Assembly: GCA_018651085.1 (NCBI GenBank) | Contig: JABIEQ010000017.1 | Location: 1-51,588 of the forward strand | Direction: 5' to 3' | Origin: Candidatus Magasanikiibacteriota bacterium | Lineage (GTDB): Bacteria; Patescibacteriota; Patescibacteriia; Magasanikbacterales; UBA922 | Length of the DNA stretch: 51,588 nucleotides | Shown here: in pieces, positions 36,901 to 44,716 of the stretch | Layout of the letters: each line of letters begins with the position of its first letter | Position numbering within the stretch: position 1 is the stretch's first letter | The notes under the pieces: generated by a model | What the model was told of the DNA's origin: nothing | The model's input: the letters and a program-made list of their open reading frames with translations, nothing else | Database searches by the model: none | Translations under genes and position numbers: made by a program

Positions 36901-39255
36901 ATGGCAAAAACACTCGTTATTGTTGAGTCTCCAACAAAAGCAAAAACTATCTCAAAATTCCTAGGAAAGGCCTACAAAGTAGAGTCTTCTTTTGGGCATC
37001 TTCGTGATCTTCCGAAAAGCACCATGGGTGTTGATATTGAAGGTGGCACCTTTCTTCCAAGCTATGTTATTCCTAAAGAAAAGGCAAAACAAGTAAAGAA
37101 ATTAAAAGACGCACTGAAAGAATGTGATGATGTTATATTTGCTACTGATGAAGACCGAGAAGGTGAAGCCATCTCTTGGCACCTTGCTGCTATTTTGAAA
37201 GTATCTCCAGAAAAAACGAAACGTATTGTTTTTCATGAAATTACCAAGCATGCGATAGAAGAAGCACTTGCTCATCCGCGTACTATTGATCAGAAACTTG
37301 TTGATGCACAACAAGCAAGACGGGTTCTCGATCGCCTTGTTGGATATGAATTATCTCCTTTTTTATGGAAAAAGATTTCTCGGGGTCTTTCTGCTGGACG
37401 GGTGCAATCTGTTGCGCTTCGTTTAGTTGTTGAACGAGAAAGAGAAAGAAAAGCATTTGTATCTGAAGAGTATTGGAAAATTGAAGGACTCTTTCATAAA
37501 GATCCATCCTTTCCGGGGTTTCTTCATAGTATTGATGGAAAAAAGCTAGATAAATTTGATCTATCTAAAGAAAAAGACACAAGTGATATTGTTTCTTTAC
37601 TTGAAGGAGCAACCTATACGATTGACTCATTAACAAAAAAAGAAGCAAAGCGTAATCCCCCTCCCCCATTTAGAACATCTACCCTTCAACAACAAGCAAA
37701 CCAAAAATTTGGGTATTCTTCAAGACAGACCATGCGTCTTGCGCAACAACTTTATGAAGGTGTTTCTCTTGGACCAGAAGGATCTGTTGGTCTTATTACA
37801 TACATGCGTACAGATTCAACAAACTTATCTAAAAAATTTATTTCTGAAGTTTCTTCATTTGTTCATGACACGTACGGAAAAGAATATGATATTGAAAAAC
37901 CTCGTGTCTATGCATCTAAAACAAAAGGAGCACAAGAAGCTCATGAAGCGATTCGTCCAACACATGCAGAAAAGACACCTGAATCTATTAAAGAATATCT
38001 TGATTCAAAACAATACAAACTCTATAACCTTATTTGGAGTAGAGCTGTAGCAACACAAATGGCTGCAGCAAAGATCAACCGGACAACGATGGATATTATT
38101 GCGAAAAAGCATACTTTTCGTGCAACAGGACAAAGCATGCTTTTCCCTGGCTACTTAACTCTTTATCCAAATGCCATTAAAGAAACGATGCTTCCTGATC
38201 TTAATGAAGGAGACAAGATTGACTGTGTCTCTCTTACTCCAACTCAACACTTTACTGAACCTCCGGCACGATATTCTGATGCTACTCTTGTAAAAGTTCT
38301 TGAAGAATATGGTATTGGTCGACCGTCAACGTATGCCCCAACGATTGGAACTATCGAAGCTAGAGAATATGTTGAACGAGATGAAAACAAACGACTCGCC
38401 CCACGAGATGTTGCATTTATTGTGATTGACCTATTAGTAGAACACTTTTCTCAAATTGTTGATTTTCATTTTACAGCGCAAGTTGAAGAAAATCTTGATG
38501 CTATTGCTCACGGAACAAAAGATTGGCAACCAATTATTTCTACATTTTATCATCCATTCCATGAGAACCTCATGAAAAAAACAGATGAAGTGAGCCGAGA
38601 TGATATTTCTCAAACTCGAGAAGTTGGTATCGATCCTGAAACTGGCAAACCCATCTCTGTACGTATTGGTCGATTTGGACCATATGTACAAAAAGGGACA
38701 AAAGATGATGAAGAAAAACCTAAATTTGCAAGTATTCCAAAAGATAAACGGATGGATGATATAACACTTGCTGATGCGCTTCATTTATTGTCCTTACCAA
38801 AAACCCTTAAAGATGGAGAGACTGAAGAAAAGATTACAACTGACATTGGTCGATTTGGACCATATGTAAAAAAAGGTAAATCTTACTATTCCCTTAAAGG
38901 CACTGACCTTGATCCATATACCATTACATTAGAACAAGCTCTTCAAGTTATTGCTGACGGAGAAGAAAAGAAAGAAAAGAAAAAGATTAAACTCTTTGAA
39001 GGGACTGATATACAAATTCTCAATGGTCCATATGGTCCATATGTGACTGATGGTACAAAAAATGCACGCATTCCAAAAGATGTAGAAGATCCCTCTACTC
39101 TTACTCTTGAAATTTGTACTGAATTACTTCTTAAAGCAAAACCTTCCCGACGCGGAAAGAAAAAAGCCAAAAAAGCCCCTAAAAAAACCGCAAAAAAGAC
39201 TGCAAAGCCTAAGAAAACTGTTAAAAAAAAGACGAAGCCTAAGAAAAAGGTGTAA
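36901..39255 (+). CDS. topA: DNA topoisomerase I (type IA) with Cys-free C-terminal repeats and Lys-rich tail
   Basis: This is a 784-aa ORF with a Toprim domain (LVIVESPTKAKTI, ATDEDREGEAI) and an active-site region (ITYMRTDS). The C-terminus has three GRFGPYV/GPYGPYV repeats and the tail KKAKKAPKKTAKKTAKPKKTVKKKTKPKKKV. Confidence 0.95.
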   Translation: MAKTLVIVESPTKAKTISKFLGKAYKVESSFGHLRDLPKSTMGVDIEGGTFLPSYVIPKEKAKQVKKLKDALKECDDVIFATDEDREGEAISWHLAAILKVSPEKTKRIVFHEITKHAIEEALAHPRTIDQKLVDAQQARRVLDRLVGYELSPFLWKKISRGLSAGRVQSVALRLVVERERERKAFVSEEYWKIEGLFHKDPSFPGFLHSIDGKKLDKFDLSKEKDTSDIVSLLEGATYTIDSLTKKEAKRNPPPPFRTSTLQQQANQKFGYSSRQTMRLAQQLYEGVSLGPEGSVGLITYMRTDSTNLSKKFISEVSSFVHDTYGKEYDIEKPRVYASKTKGAQEAHEAIRPTHAEKTPESIKEYLDSKQYKLYNLIWSRAVATQMAAAKINRTTMDIIAKKHTFRATGQSMLFPGYLTLYPNAIKETMLPDLNEGDKIDCVSLTPTQHFTEPPARYSDATLVKVLEEYGIGRPSTYAPTIGTIEAREYVERDENKRLAPRDVAFIVIDLLVEHFSQIVDFHFTAQVEENLDAIAHGTKDWQPIISTFYHPFHENLMKKTDEVSRDDISQTREVGIDPETGKPISVRIGRFGPYVQKGTKDDEEKPKFASIPKDKRMDDITLADALHLLSLPKTLKDGETEEKITTDIGRFGPYVKKGKSYYSLKGTDLDPYTITLEQALQVIADGEEKKEKKKIKLFEGTDIQILNGPYGPYVTDGTKNARIPKDVEDPSTLTLEICTELLLKAKPSRRGKKKAKKAPKKTAKKTAKPKKTVKKKTKPKKKV

Positions 39256-39478
39256 ATACAAAACACTCCTATACATATAGAAGTGCTCTGTGTAGCGAGT
39301 AGGTATACCCCAATGCCAAAGGTAATACTAGGGCCCTAAACTCGCTACAAAAATAAGTATAACAAAAACAGAGAATTTATCAATTCTCTACTCTCGTTTA
39401 CTGTTTTTTACGAAATGAAAACCCCACTCTTACGAGTGAGGTTTTCTTTTGGCGTTTGGGCTTTTTCCCTAGTATTAC
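39256..39478 (-). ncRNA. Candidate minus-strand small RNA(s) in the topA-rel intergenic region
   Basis: A minus-strand TTGACA-N17-TATTAT promoter puts the transcription start at about 39478. The first 12 nt (39467-39478) are perfectly complementary to 39322-39333. A 9-bp helix pairs 39292-39300 with 39340-39348. Three successive hairpin-plus-U-run elements on the minus strand lie at 39422-39441, 39370-39389 and 39264-39285. Confidence 0.3.
39416..39451. terminator. Bidirectional hairpin terminator in the topA-rel spacer
   Basis: CCCCACTC-ttac-GAGTGAGG (39422-39441) is followed by TTTTCTTTT on the plus strand and by TTTTCATTT on the minus strand. Confidence 0.55.
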
Positions 39479-39484
39479 GGCCTT

Positions 39485-39513
39485 ATAATAGCAGGTTTTT
39501 AGCGTTTTGTCAA
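39485..39513 (-). promoter_or_regulatory. Near-consensus sigma70 promoter firing away from rel on the minus strand
   Basis: On the minus strand TTGACA is at 39508-39513, the spacer is 17 nt, and TATTAT is at 39485-39490. Confidence 0.45.
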
Positions 39514-39595
39514 TACCCCACCACTATATAACTCTACGCTTCATTTCTTGCAAAAAGTGCTAAACGTGGTACAGTTACTTATGTAATATTATTTT

Positions 39596-41071
39596 ATGGC
39601 AAAGACACTCACTATTGAAGGCTTAGTCGAGAAAATTTTGGGATATGCTCCTGATTCAGACACAGAGATTGTTCGCCTTGCTTATGAATTTGCTAAGGAT
39701 GCTCATGAAGGACAAACAAGACGATCTGGGGAACCGTATATTACTCATCCCCTTGCAGCAGCTCATATATTAGCTGATATCCGTATTGACCCTGTCATCG
39801 TTACAGCGACGCTTCTTCATGATGTTCCAGAAGACACAGAAGTGACGCTAGAAGACATTGAAAAGAATTTTGGGAGTGATATTGCGTCACTTGTCCGTGG
39901 TATTACTAAACTTGGAAAATTGAAATATCGTGGCGTTGAACGTTATATTGAAAATCTTCGAAAAATGTTTGTTGCAATGGCTGAAGATGCTCGCGTTATG
40001 CTTATTAAATTTGCTGACCGTGTGCATAATCTTACAACCTTGGGATCTCTTCCTCCACAGAAACAGTATCGTATTGCACTTGAGAGTCTTGAAATTTATG
40101 CTCCTATTGCAGGACGACTTGGTATTGCTGAAATGAAGGGACAGCTTGAAGACCTATCATTTCGATATGTGTACCCCAAAGAGTATGCTCGTGTTAAAAA
40201 TATTCGAACTGAGAAACTACAAGGGAAAGAAGGATACATTGATACTGTCAGAACACATGCTAAAGAAGAAATTGCATCTGCTGGCGTTACTATTTGCAGT
40301 ATTGAGGGAAGAGAAAAACGATTATTTAGCTTTTATCAAAAACTCATTCGAAAGGATAATAAAATGGCAAGAATTTATGATCTTGTCGCTATCCGTATTA
40401 TTGTTCCATCAGTTGCTGATTGCTATGCAGTCCTTGGTGTTCTTCATAAAGTGTGGAAACCAGTAAAAGGCCGTATTAAAGACTATATCTCTCAACCAAA
40501 GCCAAATGGATACCAATCACTTCATACCACCGTATTTAGCGAAAATGGTGAGCTTGTAGAATTTCAAATACGAACAGAAGAAATGCATGAGGAAGCTGAA
40601 TTTGGAATTGCCGCACATTGGCACTATGATGAAAAAGGTGGCCGCCTTCCTAAAAAACAAATTCAATGGGCAAAAGAGCTTGCTGAGATCCAAAAAGATA
40701 TATTGAATAACCTTACAGATCTTGAATCCATGAAGGTAGACTTTTTACAAAACCGTATCTTTGTGTTTACTCCCAAAGGAGATGTGATTGATCTACCTGA
40801 TGGTGCTACTCCTGTTGATTTTGCTTACCACATTCATACGGAGATTGGTAATAAATGCGGTTCAGCTATTGTAAACGATAATATTGCGAAACTTGATGCT
40901 GCCTTAAAAAATGGTGACGTTGTTGAAATTATCATGGATAAAGGAAGAAAAGGTCCTAACCCAGACTGGTTATCCTTTGTAAAAACACATACAGCAAAAT
41001 CTCACATTAAACTTAGTGCAAAAAATAAAAAACTTACTGGTTGGCTAAAGTCTGTCCTTCCTAAAAAATAA
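39596..41071 (+). CDS. rel: Short RelA/SpoT homologue: HD hydrolase, (p)ppGpp synthetase and TGS domains only
   Basis: This is a 491-aa ORF with an HD motif (HPLAAAHILA...LLHDVPEDT), synthetase motifs (DLVAIRIIV, GYQSLHTTV, EFQIRTEEMH) and a TGS domain (IFVFTPKGDVIDLPDGATPVDFAYHIH). The ORF ends about 40 aa after TGS. Confidence 0.9.
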   Translation: MAKTLTIEGLVEKILGYAPDSDTEIVRLAYEFAKDAHEGQTRRSGEPYITHPLAAAHILADIRIDPVIVTATLLHDVPEDTEVTLEDIEKNFGSDIASLVRGITKLGKLKYRGVERYIENLRKMFVAMAEDARVMLIKFADRVHNLTTLGSLPPQKQYRIALESLEIYAPIAGRLGIAEMKGQLEDLSFRYVYPKEYARVKNIRTEKLQGKEGYIDTVRTHAKEEIASAGVTICSIEGREKRLFSFYQKLIRKDNKMARIYDLVAIRIIVPSVADCYAVLGVLHKVWKPVKGRIKDYISQPKPNGYQSLHTTVFSENGELVEFQIRTEEMHEEAEFGIAAHWHYDEKGGRLPKKQIQWAKELAEIQKDILNNLTDLESMKVDFLQNRIFVFTPKGDVIDLPDGATPVDFAYHIHTEIGNKCGSAIVNDNIAKLDAALKNGDVVEIIMDKGRKGPNPDWLSFVKTHTAKSHIKLSAKNKKLTGWLKSVLPKK

Positions 41072-41074
41072 TAT

Positions 41075-41106
41075 TAAAAAACGAGGTGTATACACCTCGT
41101 TTTTTA
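41075..41106. terminator. Strong bidirectional terminator between rel and the T4SS-like operon
   Basis: A perfect 20-nt palindrome ACGAGGTGTA/TACACCTCGT (41081-41100) is flanked by AAAAA and TTTTT. Confidence 0.8.
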
Positions 41107-41120
41107 ATATGTTATATTTA

Positions 41121-41672
41121 TTATTGAAAGAAGAAGCCATTTACTAACCAATTATTTCCTCTTTTTTCTAACTCTACTCGAGCGTGCCTTTGCAACACTA
41201 CTCCTAATTCATCTGTCTCTTGTATCCCTACCGTCACGATAGCTTTGGCATTGGTTACTGACTCTATTTTTGTACTAATAACGTTTGTCGTAACTTCTTT
41301 GTATTCAGCACTCTCTTCTAATCGATTTGTGTCAACCCAAATAGCCATGCTATTTGTGACATACACCAATGCATCATCAATATGCTTATTCTTATTATTT
41401 GTTGAAAAACTTCTAAATCGTTCCGTAAAATCTTTTGCTCGTTGTCTAATATATCTTTCTGTTGGATCAACAGGTGTTTGATCTACTTCAATTGGGGCAA
41501 TGATTTCTTGAATAGTTTCTTGTGAAATAAATGGTTGATCTCCGGTTCCTCCATTCTCTTGATCTTCTAGTGTTTTGTCATCAGTACTTTTACCTAACAA
41601 TAAAAATAACGCAATAATAAGTATTATTAGTATAATTATTCCTCCTATAATACCTTTATGTTTTCTTTGCAT
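41121..41672 (-). CDS. Hypothetical bitopic membrane protein, last gene of the T4SS-like operon (VirB8-like architecture, unproven)
   Basis: This is a 183-aa ORF with a short basic N-terminus, one TM helix (IIGGIIILIILIIALFLLLG) and a roughly 140-aa extracytoplasmic alpha+beta domain. It starts 5 nt after the virB4-like stop. Confidence 0.55.
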   Translation of the reverse strand: MQRKHKGIIGGIIILIILIIALFLLLGKSTDDKTLEDQENGGTGDQPFISQETIQEIIAPIEVDQTPVDPTERYIRQRAKDFTERFRSFSTNNKNKHIDDALVYVTNSMAIWVDTNRLEESAEYKEVTTNVISTKIESVTNAKAIVTVGIQETDELGVVLQRHARVELEKRGNNWLVNGFFFQ

Positions 41673-41677
41673 ATATA

Positions 41678-43558
41678 TTATCTATTTCTACCTTTTCCTA
41701 ATACTTCTCGTTGATATTCTTCTCTTGCTTTTTCTATTTCTAATAACTGCTTTGGGTCGGAAGTGATTAATTGATCTTCAGTGTACGAAGCCACAACCTT
41801 TATGGCAGCGTGTTTAAGCCCTGCAAAAAATATCCCTTCCCCTACGGCACTTTCTAACAACAAATATTTCTCACCTTCAGTTAAAAAGAATGTCTTTTGA
41901 ATTAAATCAATTGCAGCTGGAGACTGACGAAGAAGCATTTGTAATGATGAATTGGTTACAATAGCTTTTCCATATGGAGAACGTAAAAAATCATTTACGT
42001 CTTGTGTAATAGTCGTTACTCCAAGATAATACTTTCTTGCTCTTTTTACGAGTGCGTAAATAAACTTAGCACTGTCTTCATGTGTCATGAGCCACCACGC
42101 CTCATCAATAATGAGTAGACGCTTTTTCTTTTCACTACGGACAATATTCCAAATATAGTTAATCACAGAATAAATAGCCATTGGTCGGAGTTCGTCTTCT
42201 AGATCACGTACACTAAAGACAACCAACTGATTATTCATGTTTACATTTGTAGGAGAATTAAATAATCCAGCGAATGTTCCTTCTGTATACTTTCGTAATT
42301 TTAATACCAAATCTCTGGCTCCCTCTAATCCTTCAAGAACATCGAGAAGATCTTGCATAATTGGAGGCTCTACTACAGACAAATCAGAATTTGCCGTAAT
42401 ATCCTTTTTTGCAAATGTTTCTAAAAGTGCTCTATCTAGTACAGAATCTTCTTCAGCACTTACTGAACCAAACATGATCCTTAAAAGCCCTTTTAAGGTG
42501 ATTACAGCACTTCTCACGACATCTTCTGTAGAAATCTGTCTTCCTACAGGACGTGGAAGATCAAAGGGGTTTACCTTACTTTCTGACGCGAGTGAAATAT
42601 TTACATATGTTCCACCAACAGCTTCACATAAATGCTCATATTCTTTTTCAGGATCAATAATGATAATTTCTGTCCCAAACATCAGACTCCGAAGTACTTC
42701 GAGTTTTACCATATACGATTTTCCAGCACCAGAGGTTGCAAATACTACCATGTTGGCATTTTGTAAAGAAAATCTATCAAAAAGAATGAGACTATTGTTG
42801 TGCCTATTAATTCCATACAGAACACCATCATCACTACTTAACTCAGATGACACAAATGGAAAAGATGATGCAATTGGACTTGAATTCATGTTAAAGGCAA
42901 TTGATAGTTCATCAATACCAATTGGTGCAGTTGATGTAAATCCTTGTTCTGCTTGAAAAAAGACTCCTTTTGTATAAATAAGTTTTGATCCAAATATATT
43001 TTCTACATCTTCTGATACTTTCTCTAATTCTTCTTTATCTTTTGCATAGACTGTGGCATAAAATGCAAACTGAAAAAAATGTTCAATTCCTTGGGTTAAA
43101 TCATCTCGCAATTGTTCAATGTCACGAAGCGCTGTTTCTCGTACAGGATCTCTTGGCGCTCCTTTTTCGGCATCAGACGAAAGTTGTGCTTCAAGTGCAC
43201 CTACTTTCTTTTTTAATTGCTTTAATATAATTGCTGACTTTACTGGATAGAAAAACATTGAAATATCAAGAGCAACATTGAGGTTTAAAATTGGGGTACT
43301 CCATCCAACAGAGATGTAACGTGGATATGAAATAACAAAAAATGTACGTAAAAATACGTCACCTAATTGGATGAAGCTTGATTCTACCCGAAACGCGGCA
43401 GGAGCAATGAGGTCTCTTACCGCCACTGTTCCTTCCCTATAGATGCGTTCTTCTTCTAGGGTAACGAGTTCTTCTACTTGTTCTTGTTCTTTTTTATTCG
43501 CGCCCTTTCCTTGAACAATTCCTCGTTTTTGTTGTCTATGTATTGGTTTAAATGCCAT
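41678..43558 (-). CDS. virB4: VirB4/TrbE-family type IV secretion ATPase
   Basis: This is a 626-aa ORF with Walker A (VVFATSGAGKSYMVK), Walker B (RLLIIDEAWWLM) and an N-terminal region typical of Gram-positive VirB4 homologues (LIAPAAFRVESSFIQLGDVFLRTFFVISYPRYISVGW). Confidence 0.85.
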   Translation of the reverse strand: MAFKPIHRQQKRGIVQGKGANKKEQEQVEELVTLEEERIYREGTVAVRDLIAPAAFRVESSFIQLGDVFLRTFFVISYPRYISVGWSTPILNLNVALDISMFFYPVKSAIILKQLKKKVGALEAQLSSDAEKGAPRDPVRETALRDIEQLRDDLTQGIEHFFQFAFYATVYAKDKEELEKVSEDVENIFGSKLIYTKGVFFQAEQGFTSTAPIGIDELSIAFNMNSSPIASSFPFVSSELSSDDGVLYGINRHNNSLILFDRFSLQNANMVVFATSGAGKSYMVKLEVLRSLMFGTEIIIIDPEKEYEHLCEAVGGTYVNISLASESKVNPFDLPRPVGRQISTEDVVRSAVITLKGLLRIMFGSVSAEEDSVLDRALLETFAKKDITANSDLSVVEPPIMQDLLDVLEGLEGARDLVLKLRKYTEGTFAGLFNSPTNVNMNNQLVVFSVRDLEDELRPMAIYSVINYIWNIVRSEKKKRLLIIDEAWWLMTHEDSAKFIYALVKRARKYYLGVTTITQDVNDFLRSPYGKAIVTNSSLQMLLRQSPAAIDLIQKTFFLTEGEKYLLLESAVGEGIFFAGLKHAAIKVVASYTEDQLITSDPKQLLEIEKAREEYQREVLGKGRNR

Positions 43559-43563
43559 AGCGA

Positions 43564-44253
43564 TCAGTAGATATCTTCAACTTGAATCTTTTCTACATTT
43601 TGTAGTTGTTGTGTTAAGGCAACATCTGGGTTATATGTCCCGTAATAAAGTTCAATCAATGCTTGGGTGTCTAACTCTGCTACTTGTAACCCTAGACTTT
43701 CTAACCCTCCTGCAACGTGCCGTGTCCGTACCTCAAGATCATGTCTTCTTTGCTCAAATCTTTTCTCTTTTAATCGAATGGTAAATGATGGCTTTAATAC
43801 TTCTTTAAATCTGGAAAAGAATCCTTTCTTTTTATTTGATAATGGGTCATATGGCACTACCACATAAAACTTTTTTGTCATGATTTGCCCGATATCTACA
43901 AGTTCTTGTACAAAAGCTCTATAATCTGCAATCTGTACACGAAGTAATTCATTTGCTTGGTTTCTTTCTAGCTGTATGAGTTGCTCAAGATATGGTTTTA
44001 TTTGTAATTGACGAGATTGCACTACAATCTGTAATGGAAAATCAATAGAATTCAAAAACCCAACATATGACGATATGATTGCGTTTTGTTCGTCTTCTGA
44101 TTTTAAGGCAAAATTAATACTTGATACTAATAGTACTCCTCGTACGGTTCCATCCTTTAGTACCACCATACCATCACGTATTTCTGCTATTGGAAGGTGC
44201 GCTTGTGTACTTGGCCTTCCTTTTTTTGCCTTTTTTGCTTTTTTACTTTTCAT
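43564..44253 (-). CDS. Hypothetical T4SS-operon protein (229 aa) with a VirB4 N-terminal-domain-like motif
   Basis: It has a Lys-rich N-terminus followed by LPIAEIRDGMVVLKDGTVRGVLLVSSINFALKSEDEQNAIISSYVGFLNSIDFPLQIVVQSR. As I recall the pattern, this resembles the start of VirB4/TrbE proteins. It has no P-loop. Confidence 0.5.
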   Translation of the reverse strand: MKSKKAKKAKKGRPSTQAHLPIAEIRDGMVVLKDGTVRGVLLVSSINFALKSEDEQNAIISSYVGFLNSIDFPLQIVVQSRQLQIKPYLEQLIQLERNQANELLRVQIADYRAFVQELVDIGQIMTKKFYVVVPYDPLSNKKKGFFSRFKEVLKPSFTIRLKEKRFEQRRHDLEVRTRHVAGGLESLGLQVAELDTQALIELYYGTYNPDVALTQQLQNVEKIQVEDIY

Positions 44254-44280
44254 ACATGCTTCGACTAGTATACCATGCTT

Positions 44281-44715
44281 TTATCTCAAATCATTGTCGG
44301 GTCGGTAATACCCACCCGTGTTGACTACTAATGCGAGATCTTTAATTCTTGCTCTACGAACTTTTTTTCTTTCAACCACCACAACGTCTTCTTTTATTCC
44401 TTTTTTTCGTAAATAATCTAATTCTTTTTTAGAATATTCTTTTCTCCAAATTCGTAACCCTGGTTTTGTTTTTGTTTGAATAATATTTAATATAAAATAA
44501 TGAAATGCTTGCCCTTTTACTTTAGCAAAAGCAAACAATAAGGCAATTCCTCCGATAAAAAGGGCTAGTGTTAGAAAAAGAGCTGTATCAGCGAATCTAT
44601 ACACAATAAAAATAATAATCCCAGCGATAAGCATGATCAAAAACTGTCGCACTGTAATAGGTCCAAGGATTTTATCTTCTACTTCAATAAATTGTGGCAC
44701 GACAAACTGCTGCAT
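44281..44715 (-). CDS. PrgI-family (VirB3-like) small membrane protein
   Basis: This is a 144-aa ORF with the N-terminal motif VPQFIEVEDKILGPITVRQF followed by two TM helices, as in the PrgI family. It lies immediately upstream of the VirB4-related genes. Confidence 0.6.
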   Translation of the reverse strand: MQQFVVPQFIEVEDKILGPITVRQFLIMLIAGIIIFIVYRFADTALFLTLALFIGGIALLFAFAKVKGQAFHYFILNIIQTKTKPGLRIWRKEYSKKELDYLRKKGIKEDVVVVERKKVRRARIKDLALVVNTGGYYRPDNDLR

Positions 44716-44716
44716 A

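Noticed and set aside
39415-39540. 41-codon plus-strand ORF (MKTPLLRVRFSFGVW...) in the topA-rel spacer
   Set aside because: It is made of terminator hairpin and inverted-repeat sequence, with no RBS and no coding-like composition.
42237-42956. 239-aa plus-strand ORF antisense to virB4
   Set aside because: The opposite strand encodes an unambiguous VirB4 ATPase with Walker motifs. The antisense frame is Ser-rich low complexity.
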